A model generated the notes under the pieces. It searched no databases. It worked only from the letters and a program-made list of their open reading frames with translations, and was not told the DNA's origin. A stretch of DNA of 64,000 nucleotides from NCBI GenBank assembly GCA_965230295.1, contig OZ246001.1, positions 2,304,001 to 2,368,000 of the forward strand, read 5' to 3'. The DNA comes from Marinicella sp. (lineage in GTDB: Bacteria; Pseudomonadota; Gammaproteobacteria; Xanthomonadales; Marinicellaceae). The position numbers and the translations under genes are program-made. Of the stretch, positions 29,477 to 37,841 are shown piece after piece. Numbering within the stretch: the stretch's first letter is position 1; every line of letters starts with the position of its first letter.

Positions 29477-30764
29477 ACAGGCGGTCCTCTGGGCCACCCA
29501 AGGTGCGCAACAACTGGCCCCCGGCGTGATGGCTTACCTGGCTGGCGAAGATGTGCTGCTGGATCAAGCACTGTTTCTCTACGACATCCAAGGCACCCAG
29601 GCCCACATCATCGGATTGGCTGAAATAGGCTTGATCACGGCTGAAGAGTTGGACCAATTCATTCAAGCTTTGGCCGATTTAACCACCGCCTATCAGAACC
29701 AAGACTTCGTTTTGGACAATCGATTCGAAGACGGTCATTCAGCCATTGAGTTTTACCTGACCGAACAGCTCGGAGAACTCGGTAAAAAAGCCCACACTGG
29801 AAGATCCAGGAATGACCAAGTGTTGACCTGTTTGCGCCTCTACATGCAAGACCAGCTGTCGGTGGTCAAGCAACAGACCTTCGACATCATCAATGTGTTG
29901 ATGGATTTGGCCGAGCAGCACAAGGGTTCACTGATGCCTGGCTACACCCACCTGCAAAGGGCCATGCCCAATACTGTGGCGGTGTGGCTATTGGGTTATG
30001 CTGAAAGCCTGTTGGATGGCATGCATCACTTGAGTGGTTTACAACAACTGTTCGATGCCTCGCCCTTGGGCACTGCGGCTGGATTTGGCGTGCCCTTGCC
30101 TTTGGCCAGAGAGACAGCAGCCGAGGCCATGGGCTTTTCCCGGGTGCAGATCAACCCCTTTGCCGCCCAGAACTCCAGAGGCAAATACGAGCTGATGTGC
30201 CTGCATGGCCTGAGCTACCTGATGTTGGATGTGAGGAGGTTGGCCTGGGATTTGAGCTTGTTCATGACCAGCGAGTTTGATTTCATCCAAATGGGCACCA
30301 GCCACACCACCGGCTCATCGATCATGCCCAATAAAAACAACCCCGATGTGGTCGAACTGATGCGTGCCAGCCTGTCGGTGGTCGATGGTGCCGTACAACA
30401 AATCCAGTCCCTGTTGTCCTTACCCAGTGGTTACCAACGTGACCTACAAATGAGCAAAGGCCCCCTGATCAAAGGCATGCAAATGACCCGACAAACCCTG
30501 GCCCTCTTGCCTGGTTTGCTAAAAGCGCTGACTTTTAAAACCGACCACATGCAAGCCGCCATCACCGATGACATGATGGCCACTGACCAAGCCCTGGCCA
30601 AAGTCAAACAAGGCCAATCGTTCCGAGATGCCTACCTCGACAGCAAATCAATCGAAAGTAACACCATCACTGCCAAAGATTCGATTGAACAAAGGGTGTC
30701 GCTTGGAGGTGCGGCCAATTTGGGGTTGGAGCTGTTGCAGGAGCGTTTGGCCGAACTTCAATAA
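29442..30764 (+). CDS. argH: Argininosuccinate lyase
   Basis: HTGRSRNDQV, GYTHLQRA, GSSIMPNKNNPD. Confidence 0.95.
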   Translation: MKNNQKENLKHEQAVLWATQGAQQLAPGVMAYLAGEDVLLDQALFLYDIQGTQAHIIGLAEIGLITAEELDQFIQALADLTTAYQNQDFVLDNRFEDGHSAIEFYLTEQLGELGKKAHTGRSRNDQVLTCLRLYMQDQLSVVKQQTFDIINVLMDLAEQHKGSLMPGYTHLQRAMPNTVAVWLLGYAESLLDGMHHLSGLQQLFDASPLGTAAGFGVPLPLARETAAEAMGFSRVQINPFAAQNSRGKYELMCLHGLSYLMLDVRRLAWDLSLFMTSEFDFIQMGTSHTTGSSIMPNKNNPDVVELMRASLSVVDGAVQQIQSLLSLPSGYQRDLQMSKGPLIKGMQMTRQTLALLPGLLKALTFKTDHMQAAITDDMMATDQALAKVKQGQSFRDAYLDSKSIESNTITAKDSIEQRVSLGGAANLGLELLQERLAELQ

Positions 30765-30768
30765 ATGG

Positions 30769-31098
30769 TGTCATTGCGAGCGAAGCGCGGCAATCTCATG
30801 AATCTGGATAGTTGTTTGGAGATTGCCACGTCGCTCCGCTCCTCGCAATGACATCGAAATTTTCGTCATTCTGAGCGTAACGAAGTGAAGTCGAAGAATC
30901 TCCCCAATGTATTTGGATGTGAAATAAGAGGCGAAAACTCAACCTTTAGGAGATCCTTCGGTTCCGCTTCGCTTCACGTCCTACGGCATCTCACTAAGCC
31001 TTCTTGGATGCCATCCAAACCGGCATAGTTCGATTACCTGGCCTCAGGATGACATTGTGTTTTTCGTCATCCCGGCGTAGGCTGGGATCCAGTGTCTT
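30769..31098. repeat. Array of REP/RPE-like palindromic elements
   Basis: tgtcattgcgag..gcaatctc / gagattgcc..ctcgcaatgaca (30769-30853); gtcattctgag..gaatctcc / ggagatcc..ctcaggatgaca (30865-31054); cgtcatcccggcgtaggctgggatccagtgtctt (31065-31098). Confidence 0.85.
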
Positions 31099-31304
31099 AT
31101 TTGATAGCCATTAATGAAATGAGAGCAGGGGGTTCTATTAGAGGTGCAGGAAATCAGTCATATAGATTGTCAGTCAATAGGCATTCATGATACTGTAATT
31201 GATATAAAGTGCTTCAATAAATCTTGATCAGCACGGCTTTGGTTAACTGTGGTATTCATTTTTATTGAACACGGTGTTTATGTAACTGAAAGTCAGGAGG
31301 TTGT

Positions 31305-31613
31305 ATGTCGATCATGAGGTTATGGCATGGTGAAGTGTCCAAAGATAAGGGTGATGAGTATGAGCAGTTTTTGTTGGACAAGGCTGTTCCTGATTACTCC
31401 TCCATCCCGGGTTTGAAAAAGCTGTACTTCCAACGCAGAAATGAAGATGTGGTGACGCATTTTTTGTTGATCACCATTTGGGATTCATTGGACGCCATCA
31501 AACAGTTTGCGGGTGAAAGCCCTGACATTTCTAAATACTATCCAGAGGATGATGATTTTCTGATCAACAAAGAAAAGCACGTCAAAATGTATAATATTTT
31601 TTATGAGCAGTGA
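31305..31613 (+). CDS. Antibiotic-biosynthesis-monooxygenase-like (dimeric alpha/beta barrel) protein
   Basis: AGGAGG RBS; R.WHG, F...T.WDS..AIK.FAG...YYPEDD pattern. Confidence 0.8.
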   Translation: MSIMRLWHGEVSKDKGDEYEQFLLDKAVPDYSSIPGLKKLYFQRRNEDVVTHFLLITIWDSLDAIKQFAGESPDISKYYPEDDDFLINKEKHVKMYNIFYEQ

Positions 31614-31732
31614 ATCTGTTTGATCAACTATTAGGGTTCAGAGAAGTTGATGTTGACTCAAAGTTGAGTGAGTCAATGGCTCTGACTTAATGGAAAATAT
31701 AATAATTTGTTAATTAACCCAAGGTTATTTAT

Positions 31733-32110
31733 ATGTTTGATAATCCTAAAAGAGTTGTTGATCTCTGGTATGGCGAAGACTTGATAAACCTGCACCAAGG
31801 AAGCATCAATAGGGTGTCGTACACTTTTCGAGTTTTGTCTGATGAAATTGAAGACAGCCAAAGGGGTTCCGCAATAAAAATTCTGAATGAATACGAAGAT
31901 CATTGGGCAATTATAAAGCCTAACCTAACAAGTAGGTTATCGCTCAGTAATTTGGGTACTCGTATCTTGATGTATGTTCCTGCCCTCGTCGGAGATACGG
32001 AATACGATTACATGCTGGGTTATGAATTTAAAGTAAATGAATCGATATATTCAGCATTTTTTGCATTCAATGATGGTCACTTAGAGTGGAAACATGTCGA
32101 TGAGTTCTAG
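31733..32110 (+). CDS. Hypothetical protein
   Basis: 125-aa AT-rich ORF; no family recognised. Confidence 0.55.
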   Translation: MFDNPKRVVDLWYGEDLINLHQGSINRVSYTFRVLSDEIEDSQRGSAIKILNEYEDHWAIIKPNLTSRLSLSNLGTRILMYVPALVGDTEYDYMLGYEFKVNESIYSAFFAFNDGHLEWKHVDEF

Positions 32111-32113
32111 CAG

Positions 32114-32282
32114 GTAGGTTGAGCTAAGCCTGTGCAACCCAACACTGATCTGAGATATCTAAAGACACTGGATCCCGGCCTTCGCCGGGACGACGATTCT
32201 CTCAATATCGCTATGCGCCTGTCGAGTGACGGAAAATACAATTTACCGTCATCCCGGACTTGATCCGGGATCCAGTGTCTTT
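32114..32282. repeat. REP-like palindromes: one GTAG-type plus two GGATCC-family copies
   Basis: gtaggttgag..cccaac (32114-32143); aaagacactggatcccggccttcgccgggacgacg (32161-32195); cgtcatcccggacttgatccgggatccagtgtcttt (32247-32282). Confidence 0.8.
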
Positions 32283-32305
32283 TAGGCATTGCAAAGGTAA
32301 GTTAT

Positions 32306-33514
32306 TTAACCCAAACCTGTTCTGACCGCAATCTTATTATGCAACGTCCGGTGTACCGGGCACTTGTCTGCAATCACAAGTAACCGCTCAATATCAGCCT
32401 CGCTCAAGTCGCCTTCAAAAACAAGGCTGCGGTCGATGACATCCACTTGTGGGTGTTCATCATCACAAGCCTGACAATCTTCGCCGTGTTCGCGGCTGTG
32501 CCACAAATTAACCACCACATTGTCCATGGGGATTTTCTTTAAATTGGCGTACATGCGCAGGGTCATGACGGTGCAAGTGCCTAAAGCGGCCAGCAGGTGT
32601 TGGTAGGGGTCGGGTCCGGTGTTGTTGCCACCGATTTTCAATGGTTCATCGGCCACCCATTGGTGCGAAGCCGTTTGCACATCGCATTGGAATTGGTGAT
32701 CGATTTCAGTGACCCGCACATGTTTGTCTGCCACCTGCACTTTGGCTGGTGTGTCATCAACGGCATCAATGAATTTTTCTGACCAAGTGGCGATCACTTT
32801 GGCGGCATAGGCAGCGTCTTCGCGTCGGGTGAGCAGGTGGTTGGCGTGATCCAGGCTGACGAAGCTTTTGGGGTGTTTGGCGGCCACGTAAATTTTTTCC
32901 GCTTCGTTGATCGAGACCGTGTCATCAATCGGTGAGTGCATCACCAGCAGGGCTTTTTTTAATTGGCTGATGTGGCTGGTGTCTTGTTGGTTCAGATCGT
33001 CGACAAATTGTTTTTTGATCTTGAAGGGTCGTCCACCCAGGTCAACATTGGCTTCACCTTCGGCATCGATGGTGTCCAGATCACATTGGAACAGGTGTTT
33101 GACATGGCCCGCATCGGCCGGTGCCCCAATGGTCACCACGGCTTTGGCGGAAGGGATATGCCCCGCAGCTTTGAGCACCGCAGCGCCGCCGAGTGAATGG
33201 CCGATCAACAAGCTTGGGGCTTGAAAATGTTCGGTCAAGTAATTAGAGGCGGCCACCAAGTCTTCCACATTGGAGGAGAAATTGGTGTTGGCAAAATCAC
33301 CATCTGAATTACCCAAGCCGGTGAAATCAAAGCGCAACACCGCATATCCCAACTCAACCAATGCTTTGCTGATGTGTGACGCCGCGATGAAATCTTTACC
33401 ACAAGTGAAACAATGGGCGAAGACCACATAGGCTTTGGCGTGTTCACTGTGGCGTTCCAACAGTCCGGACAATTGGCCCTGACTGCCTTGGAATTGGATG
33501 GCTTGTTTTTGCAT
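32306..33514 (-). CDS. Bifunctional alpha/beta hydrolase - OsmC family protein
   Basis: [22 protein letters not shown]; C-terminal ADEP..GG..GP.PY, CPVHRTL. Confidence 0.93.
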   Translation of the reverse strand: MQKQAIQFQGSQGQLSGLLERHSEHAKAYVVFAHCFTCGKDFIAASHISKALVELGYAVLRFDFTGLGNSDGDFANTNFSSNVEDLVAASNYLTEHFQAPSLLIGHSLGGAAVLKAAGHIPSAKAVVTIGAPADAGHVKHLFQCDLDTIDAEGEANVDLGGRPFKIKKQFVDDLNQQDTSHISQLKKALLVMHSPIDDTVSINEAEKIYVAAKHPKSFVSLDHANHLLTRREDAAYAAKVIATWSEKFIDAVDDTPAKVQVADKHVRVTEIDHQFQCDVQTASHQWVADEPLKIGGNNTGPDPYQHLLAALGTCTVMTLRMYANLKKIPMDNVVVNLWHSREHGEDCQACDDEHPQVDVIDRSLVFEGDLSEADIERLLVIADKCPVHRTLHNKIAVRTGLG

Positions 33515-33604
33515 GTGCTGTCCCCTCGACTTGTTGATTGTGGTTATAAGACCATTTTAGCAGTTAAAGCTTGCAGGAGAATTTTTTGGCTTTTCCCGTA
33601 CAAC

Positions 33605-33790
33605 GACGTCGACTGAAGTCGACACTCCAAATAATTATCATGAGACCAGTTAAGATAACAACACTTGGAGCGTTGGCATCTGTCAAGCAGGCTTCGATTA
33701 CGCTCAGCCAGCGAGCGGTCAGGTTGACCGTTCACTGAGCGGAGTCGAAGTGAGCGGAGTCGAAGTGAGTGGAGCCGAAGTGAGCGGTTC
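33605..33790. repeat. REP-like palindromes including a 15-bp tandem amplification (TGAGCGGAGTCGAAG x3.5)
   Basis: gtcgactgaagtcgac (33608), ggcttcgattacgctcagcca (33690), tgagcggagtcgaag units at 33736, 33751, 33766 and a partial at 33781. Confidence 0.85.
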
Positions 33791-33869
33791 ATCTGTGTTC
33801 AAGAAGGTTAAAACCCCCAAGGGCATATCATTTGATACAGATCCTCAGGTAAAATAAAGTTTTACTCCG

Positions 33870-34256
33870 ATGAAATCCATGATCCAGCACGACAGTTTGA
33901 ATGTATATGGTGAGGCTTTGGAGCCTTGCAGTGAAGATCCAGTCACTGGTTTTTTTCGCGATGGTTGTTGTAACACTGCGAATGAAGACATGGGTATGCA
34001 CACGGTTTGTGTACAACTGACCGATGACTTTTTACAGTTTTCTCAGCGCATGGGCAATGATTTGATCACCCCACATCCTGAGTTTGATTTTCCTGGGCTC
34101 AAAGCGGGGGATCGCTGGTGTTTGTGTGCCACCCGATGGTTACAGGCTTATAAGGCTGGTGTGGCACCCAAGGTACACATGCGCAGTACGCACTTTCGCA
34201 CTTTGGAAGTGGTCAATATCAAATTACTCAAAGCCCATGCAGCGGATCTGCAATGA
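33870..34256 (+). CDS. DUF2237 family protein
   Basis: NV.G..LEPCS.DP.TGFFRDGCC, GNDL.TP.PEF.FPGL..GDRWCLCA.RW. Confidence 0.92.
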   Translation: MKSMIQHDSLNVYGEALEPCSEDPVTGFFRDGCCNTANEDMGMHTVCVQLTDDFLQFSQRMGNDLITPHPEFDFPGLKAGDRWCLCATRWLQAYKAGVAPKVHMRSTHFRTLEVVNIKLLKAHAADLQ

Positions 34257-34265
34257 AGGATAGAT

Positions 34266-35183
34266 TCAATGTTCTGGGTTGATCAATTTATAACGGCGCT
34301 TTTTGCTCCGTATCGATTGGATGCTGATGATCAGTAAGGCGGTCCAAATGCCCGCAAAAGCCACTTGGTGGCCGGGTGTGAAGGCTTCGCCATAAAACAA
34401 CACCGCAATCAAAAAGCTGATGGATGGTGCAATGTATTGCAAGAAACCAATCAAGGTCAGGGTCAATCTTTTGGCTGCATAATTAAAGCCAATCAATGGC
34501 AGGATGGTCACCAAACCAGAAAAAACCAACAGCCACAGGGTGTTGCTATCCATCGGCATTGATGCGGCGGGTGCCCAATACATCAAAAACAACAAGGCTG
34601 GAATCAGCAACATGCAGGTTTCCCAAAACAAGCCAATCAAGGGCCTGACATCCAGTTGTTTTCTGACCAATCCATACAAACCAAAAGTAACGGCCAAAAA
34701 CAAAGCAATCCAGGGTGGTTGGCCAATATAAATGCCCAGGTAAATGGTGGTGGCAGAAGCGATCAACAGGGCCACAACCTGGACCTTATTCAAGCGTTCA
34801 TGCAGGAACAGCATGCCCAAAAAGATGTTCACCAGTGGGGTGATGAAATAACCCAGTGAAGTGGCCAGGATTTGTCCATCATTAACGGCCCAAACGAAAA
34901 TCAACCAATTACTGACCACCAAAGAGCCGCTGAGAAATAAAATGAATAATTGTTTGCTGGATACTTTCAGTGCTTGAAATAAGTGTTGGCGTTCTCGAAT
35001 GGCCAAAAACAACAACAGCGTAAGCGCTGCCCAGATGATGCGGTGGGCGATGATGTTGATGGCAGGCACATGTTGTAACAGTTTGAAGTAGATGGGTGCA
35101 AAGCCCCAAAAAATGAAACAAAACAAGCCGGCTGCCAAACCTTTGTTGTGGTCGGTGATGGGCATGTGCGTATTGTAGTGCAT
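34266..35183 (-). CDS. rarD: EamA family transporter RarD
   Basis: WG..PIYFK.L, AHRIIW, SLGYFI.PL, GFLQYIAP; the start may be 35165. Confidence 0.9.
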   Translation of the reverse strand: MHYNTHMPITDHNKGLAAGLFCFIFWGFAPIYFKLLQHVPAINIIAHRIIWAALTLLLFLAIRERQHLFQALKVSSKQLFILFLSGSLVVSNWLIFVWAVNDGQILATSLGYFITPLVNIFLGMLFLHERLNKVQVVALLIASATTIYLGIYIGQPPWIALFLAVTFGLYGLVRKQLDVRPLIGLFWETCMLLIPALLFLMYWAPAASMPMDSNTLWLLVFSGLVTILPLIGFNYAAKRLTLTLIGFLQYIAPSISFLIAVLFYGEAFTPGHQVAFAGIWTALLIISIQSIRSKKRRYKLINPEH

Positions 35184-35256
35184 TTATCTGTGTGGGCCGA
35201 TAAAACCTACTGCTGATTCGTTATATAATCAAATCAATTTATTCTAAGCAACAATC

Positions 35257-36102
35257 ATGAAAACCATTTTGATCATCAGTTCTTTGTTGATAAGCAGTGT
35301 CAGTTTCAGCCATCAAGATGCCAGCCAAGCCAGTCACATTGATGATGGTTCAGTGACTTATTTGGGTAATACCGGTTTGTTGGTCGATCATGGTGAGCAA
35401 CAGATTCTGTTTGATCCCTTTTTTCACAACCACTTTGGTCATTACCAATTGGTTCCTGAGGAAACCAGAACAGCGATTTTTTCTGCCCAGCCACCGTTTG
35501 ATTCTATTGAAATGATTTTGATCAGTCATGCCCATGCAGATCACTTCGATGCCAAAGATGTGGTGAAGTATCTGACCAGCCACCCTGCCACGAAGCTGTT
35601 GGCTCCCAGCCAAGCGGTCAATGAGTTACAGGCAATCACCGGCTATGAGGCTGTTGAACAACAAGTCACCGGGATCGATTTGGCCTATGGTGATGAACCG
35701 ATCGAGTTGAGGTTTCCTGGGATTGAAATTGATGTGGTGAGGATACCTCACGCTGGATGGCCTGGCCGGGCACATGTCTCCAATTTAGTGTACCGTGTGA
35801 CTTTGAATGATCAAGCCACAGTGATGCACATGGGTGATGCCGATCCGGATGATGAACATTTCAAACCCTGGGCCAGTTATTGGGAGTCGCAAATAACCGA
35901 TCGAGCTTATCCGCCTTACTGGTTCATGTTGACCCCCAATGGTCAGGAGATCATTGCCAACCGAATCAACACCAAGCAAGCCACTGGCGTGCATGTTCCT
36001 ATTCAGGTGCCGGAGGCGCTGAAATCCAGTGGTGCCGACTTTTTTTCTGAAACAGGGTCGAACCATCCCATCAAAACAGTCAAGCCAACCAAACAACAAT
36101 GA
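35257..36102 (+). CDS. Secreted metallo-beta-lactamase-fold hydrolase
   Basis: Signal peptide, YLGNTG, SHAHADH, HMGDA. Confidence 0.85.
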   Translation: MKTILIISSLLISSVSFSHQDASQASHIDDGSVTYLGNTGLLVDHGEQQILFDPFFHNHFGHYQLVPEETRTAIFSAQPPFDSIEMILISHAHADHFDAKDVVKYLTSHPATKLLAPSQAVNELQAITGYEAVEQQVTGIDLAYGDEPIELRFPGIEIDVVRIPHAGWPGRAHVSNLVYRVTLNDQATVMHMGDADPDDEHFKPWASYWESQITDRAYPPYWFMLTPNGQEIIANRINTKQATGVHVPIQVPEALKSSGADFFSETGSNHPIKTVKPTKQQ

Positions 36103-37463
36103 ACTCAAACAAATTGATCAAATCCATCCTCATAGCCAGCCTGTTGTGTTGGCAAATCAGTTGGGCAGGTATGCCAAAAATTCTGCCCCTAAAAACCCAG
36201 GCGCAAGTCATTGATCGCTTACTTGAAGAGAAAGTGAACAGCACATTGCCAAAGTTGATGCGAGATGCAGGCATCGACATGTGGATCGTGATGGCCCGAG
36301 AATACAATGAAGATCCAGTCATCAGAACCATGTTGCCAGCGATTTGGCATGCGGCTCGACGACGCACCGTCTTGGTGATGTATGATCCAGGTCGTGACCA
36401 GGAAATAGAAACCATGGCTGTGGCTCGTTATGACGTCGGTCAAGTGTTCAAGAAATCCTGGGACAAAGAACAGCAACCTGATCAGTGGGCCAGGTTGGTT
36501 GAAATCATCGAAGCCAGAAAGCCACAAAAGATTGGACTCAATTATTCAGATCACTATGGCCAGGCCGATGGTTTGACTTACGCAGAACAGCAAGCCTTCA
36601 TGAACAAACTGCCTGCCAAGTACTACAGTCGAGTGGTCAGTGCTGAAACGTTGACCGTTGGTTGGCTGGAAACCAGAACCCCTGGTGAAATGGTCGTTTA
36701 CCAACAAATCGTCAGCATCGCACATCATATATTGGCAGAAGGTTTGTCCAGCAAAGCCATTCAGCCAGGTGTGACATCGACCGAAGATTTGGTTTGGTGG
36801 TATCGCGAACGCGTCAAGTCATTGAAATTGGACACTTGGTTCCATCCTTCGGTTTCAATCCAGCGAGCTGACAAAGAACAATTTGATCATTTGCGTACCT
36901 TTGATAAACGCCCTGCAGAGAACATCATACAGCCCGGTGACTTAATCCATGTGGATTTTGGCATCACTTACATGCGCCTTAACACCGACACCCAACAACA
37001 TGCCTATGTTTTAAGGCCTGGTGAAAAAGATGCGCCTGGGTACCTCAAACAAGCTTTAAAAAATGCCAACCGTTTACAGGACATCTTCACCGATAACTTT
37101 ATGGTGGGCAGGACCGGCAATGAAGTGTTGGCCATGTCCAGACAACAAGCCATTGATGAAGGCATCAAGCCAGCCATTTATACCCATCCCATAGGATATT
37201 ATGGCCACGGTGCAGGTACCACTTTGGGCATGTGGGATTCACAAGGGGGCGTGCCACACACGGGTGACTACCCTTTACATGCCAACACCGCTTATGCCAT
37301 TGAATTGAATGCAGCTACCTATATTAAGGAGTGGGACAAAGAAATTCGCATCATGTTAGAGGAGGATGCTTTTTTTGATGGTGAATCTGTGCACTACATC
37401 AATGGCAGGCAAAAGCAGTTTCATTTGATTCCCAGACAGCACAATCAGATTCTGGGTGATTGA
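36099..37463 (+). CDS. Secreted M24 family (Xaa-Pro) metallopeptidase
   Basis: Signal peptide, GDLIHVDFG...TDTQQHAY, HPIG..GH, AIE. Confidence 0.88.
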   Translation: MNSNKLIKSILIASLLCWQISWAGMPKILPLKTQAQVIDRLLEEKVNSTLPKLMRDAGIDMWIVMAREYNEDPVIRTMLPAIWHAARRRTVLVMYDPGRDQEIETMAVARYDVGQVFKKSWDKEQQPDQWARLVEIIEARKPQKIGLNYSDHYGQADGLTYAEQQAFMNKLPAKYYSRVVSAETLTVGWLETRTPGEMVVYQQIVSIAHHILAEGLSSKAIQPGVTSTEDLVWWYRERVKSLKLDTWFHPSVSIQRADKEQFDHLRTFDKRPAENIIQPGDLIHVDFGITYMRLNTDTQQHAYVLRPGEKDAPGYLKQALKNANRLQDIFTDNFMVGRTGNEVLAMSRQQAIDEGIKPAIYTHPIGYYGHGAGTTLGMWDSQGGVPHTGDYPLHANTAYAIELNAATYIKEWDKEIRIMLEEDAFFDGESVHYINGRQKQFHLIPRQHNQILGD

Positions 37464-37474
37464 GGTGACCTAGG

Positions 37475-37494
37475 AAAGCTGCTCAGCAGCTTTT
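37475..37494 (+). terminator. Weak terminator after the peptidase
   Basis: aaagctgc-tca-gcagctttt. Confidence 0.5.
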
Positions 37495-37841
37495 CATAGA
37501 TATAATCTGGGTGAGCCAAAACAGCTATTTTTTGGTGAAAAACATTAAAATTTGGGTTATTTCAGGTCAGTTGTTAAGAGGATTCTGTTGATTAAGTTGG
37601 GCCATTTGGCAGGCCTGGTATGGACTGAAGCTCAGGTTTTACGGGCTTTGAAACTTATTAAAGGTAAATTTCAAGTAAAGAAAGCGTTTTGATTGAAAAA
37701 AATAATGTTAAGAAAATGTAAAAAAAACTGAATTGTGACTTTTTTTTAACAAATGAAAGTGTTAGTATGTGCCGGATAGGGAATCTATATAGATGCAATT
37801 TTTTGAGTTAACTCATGGATAACAATTTGGAGAACATATAA

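Noticed and set aside
31200-32160. Integron gene cassettes
   Set aside because: No attC RYYYAAC...GTTRRRY boundaries recognised and no integrase
33544-33792. ORF with repeated LRLRS motif
   Set aside because: It is the translation of the 15-bp REP tandem; no RBS or protein features
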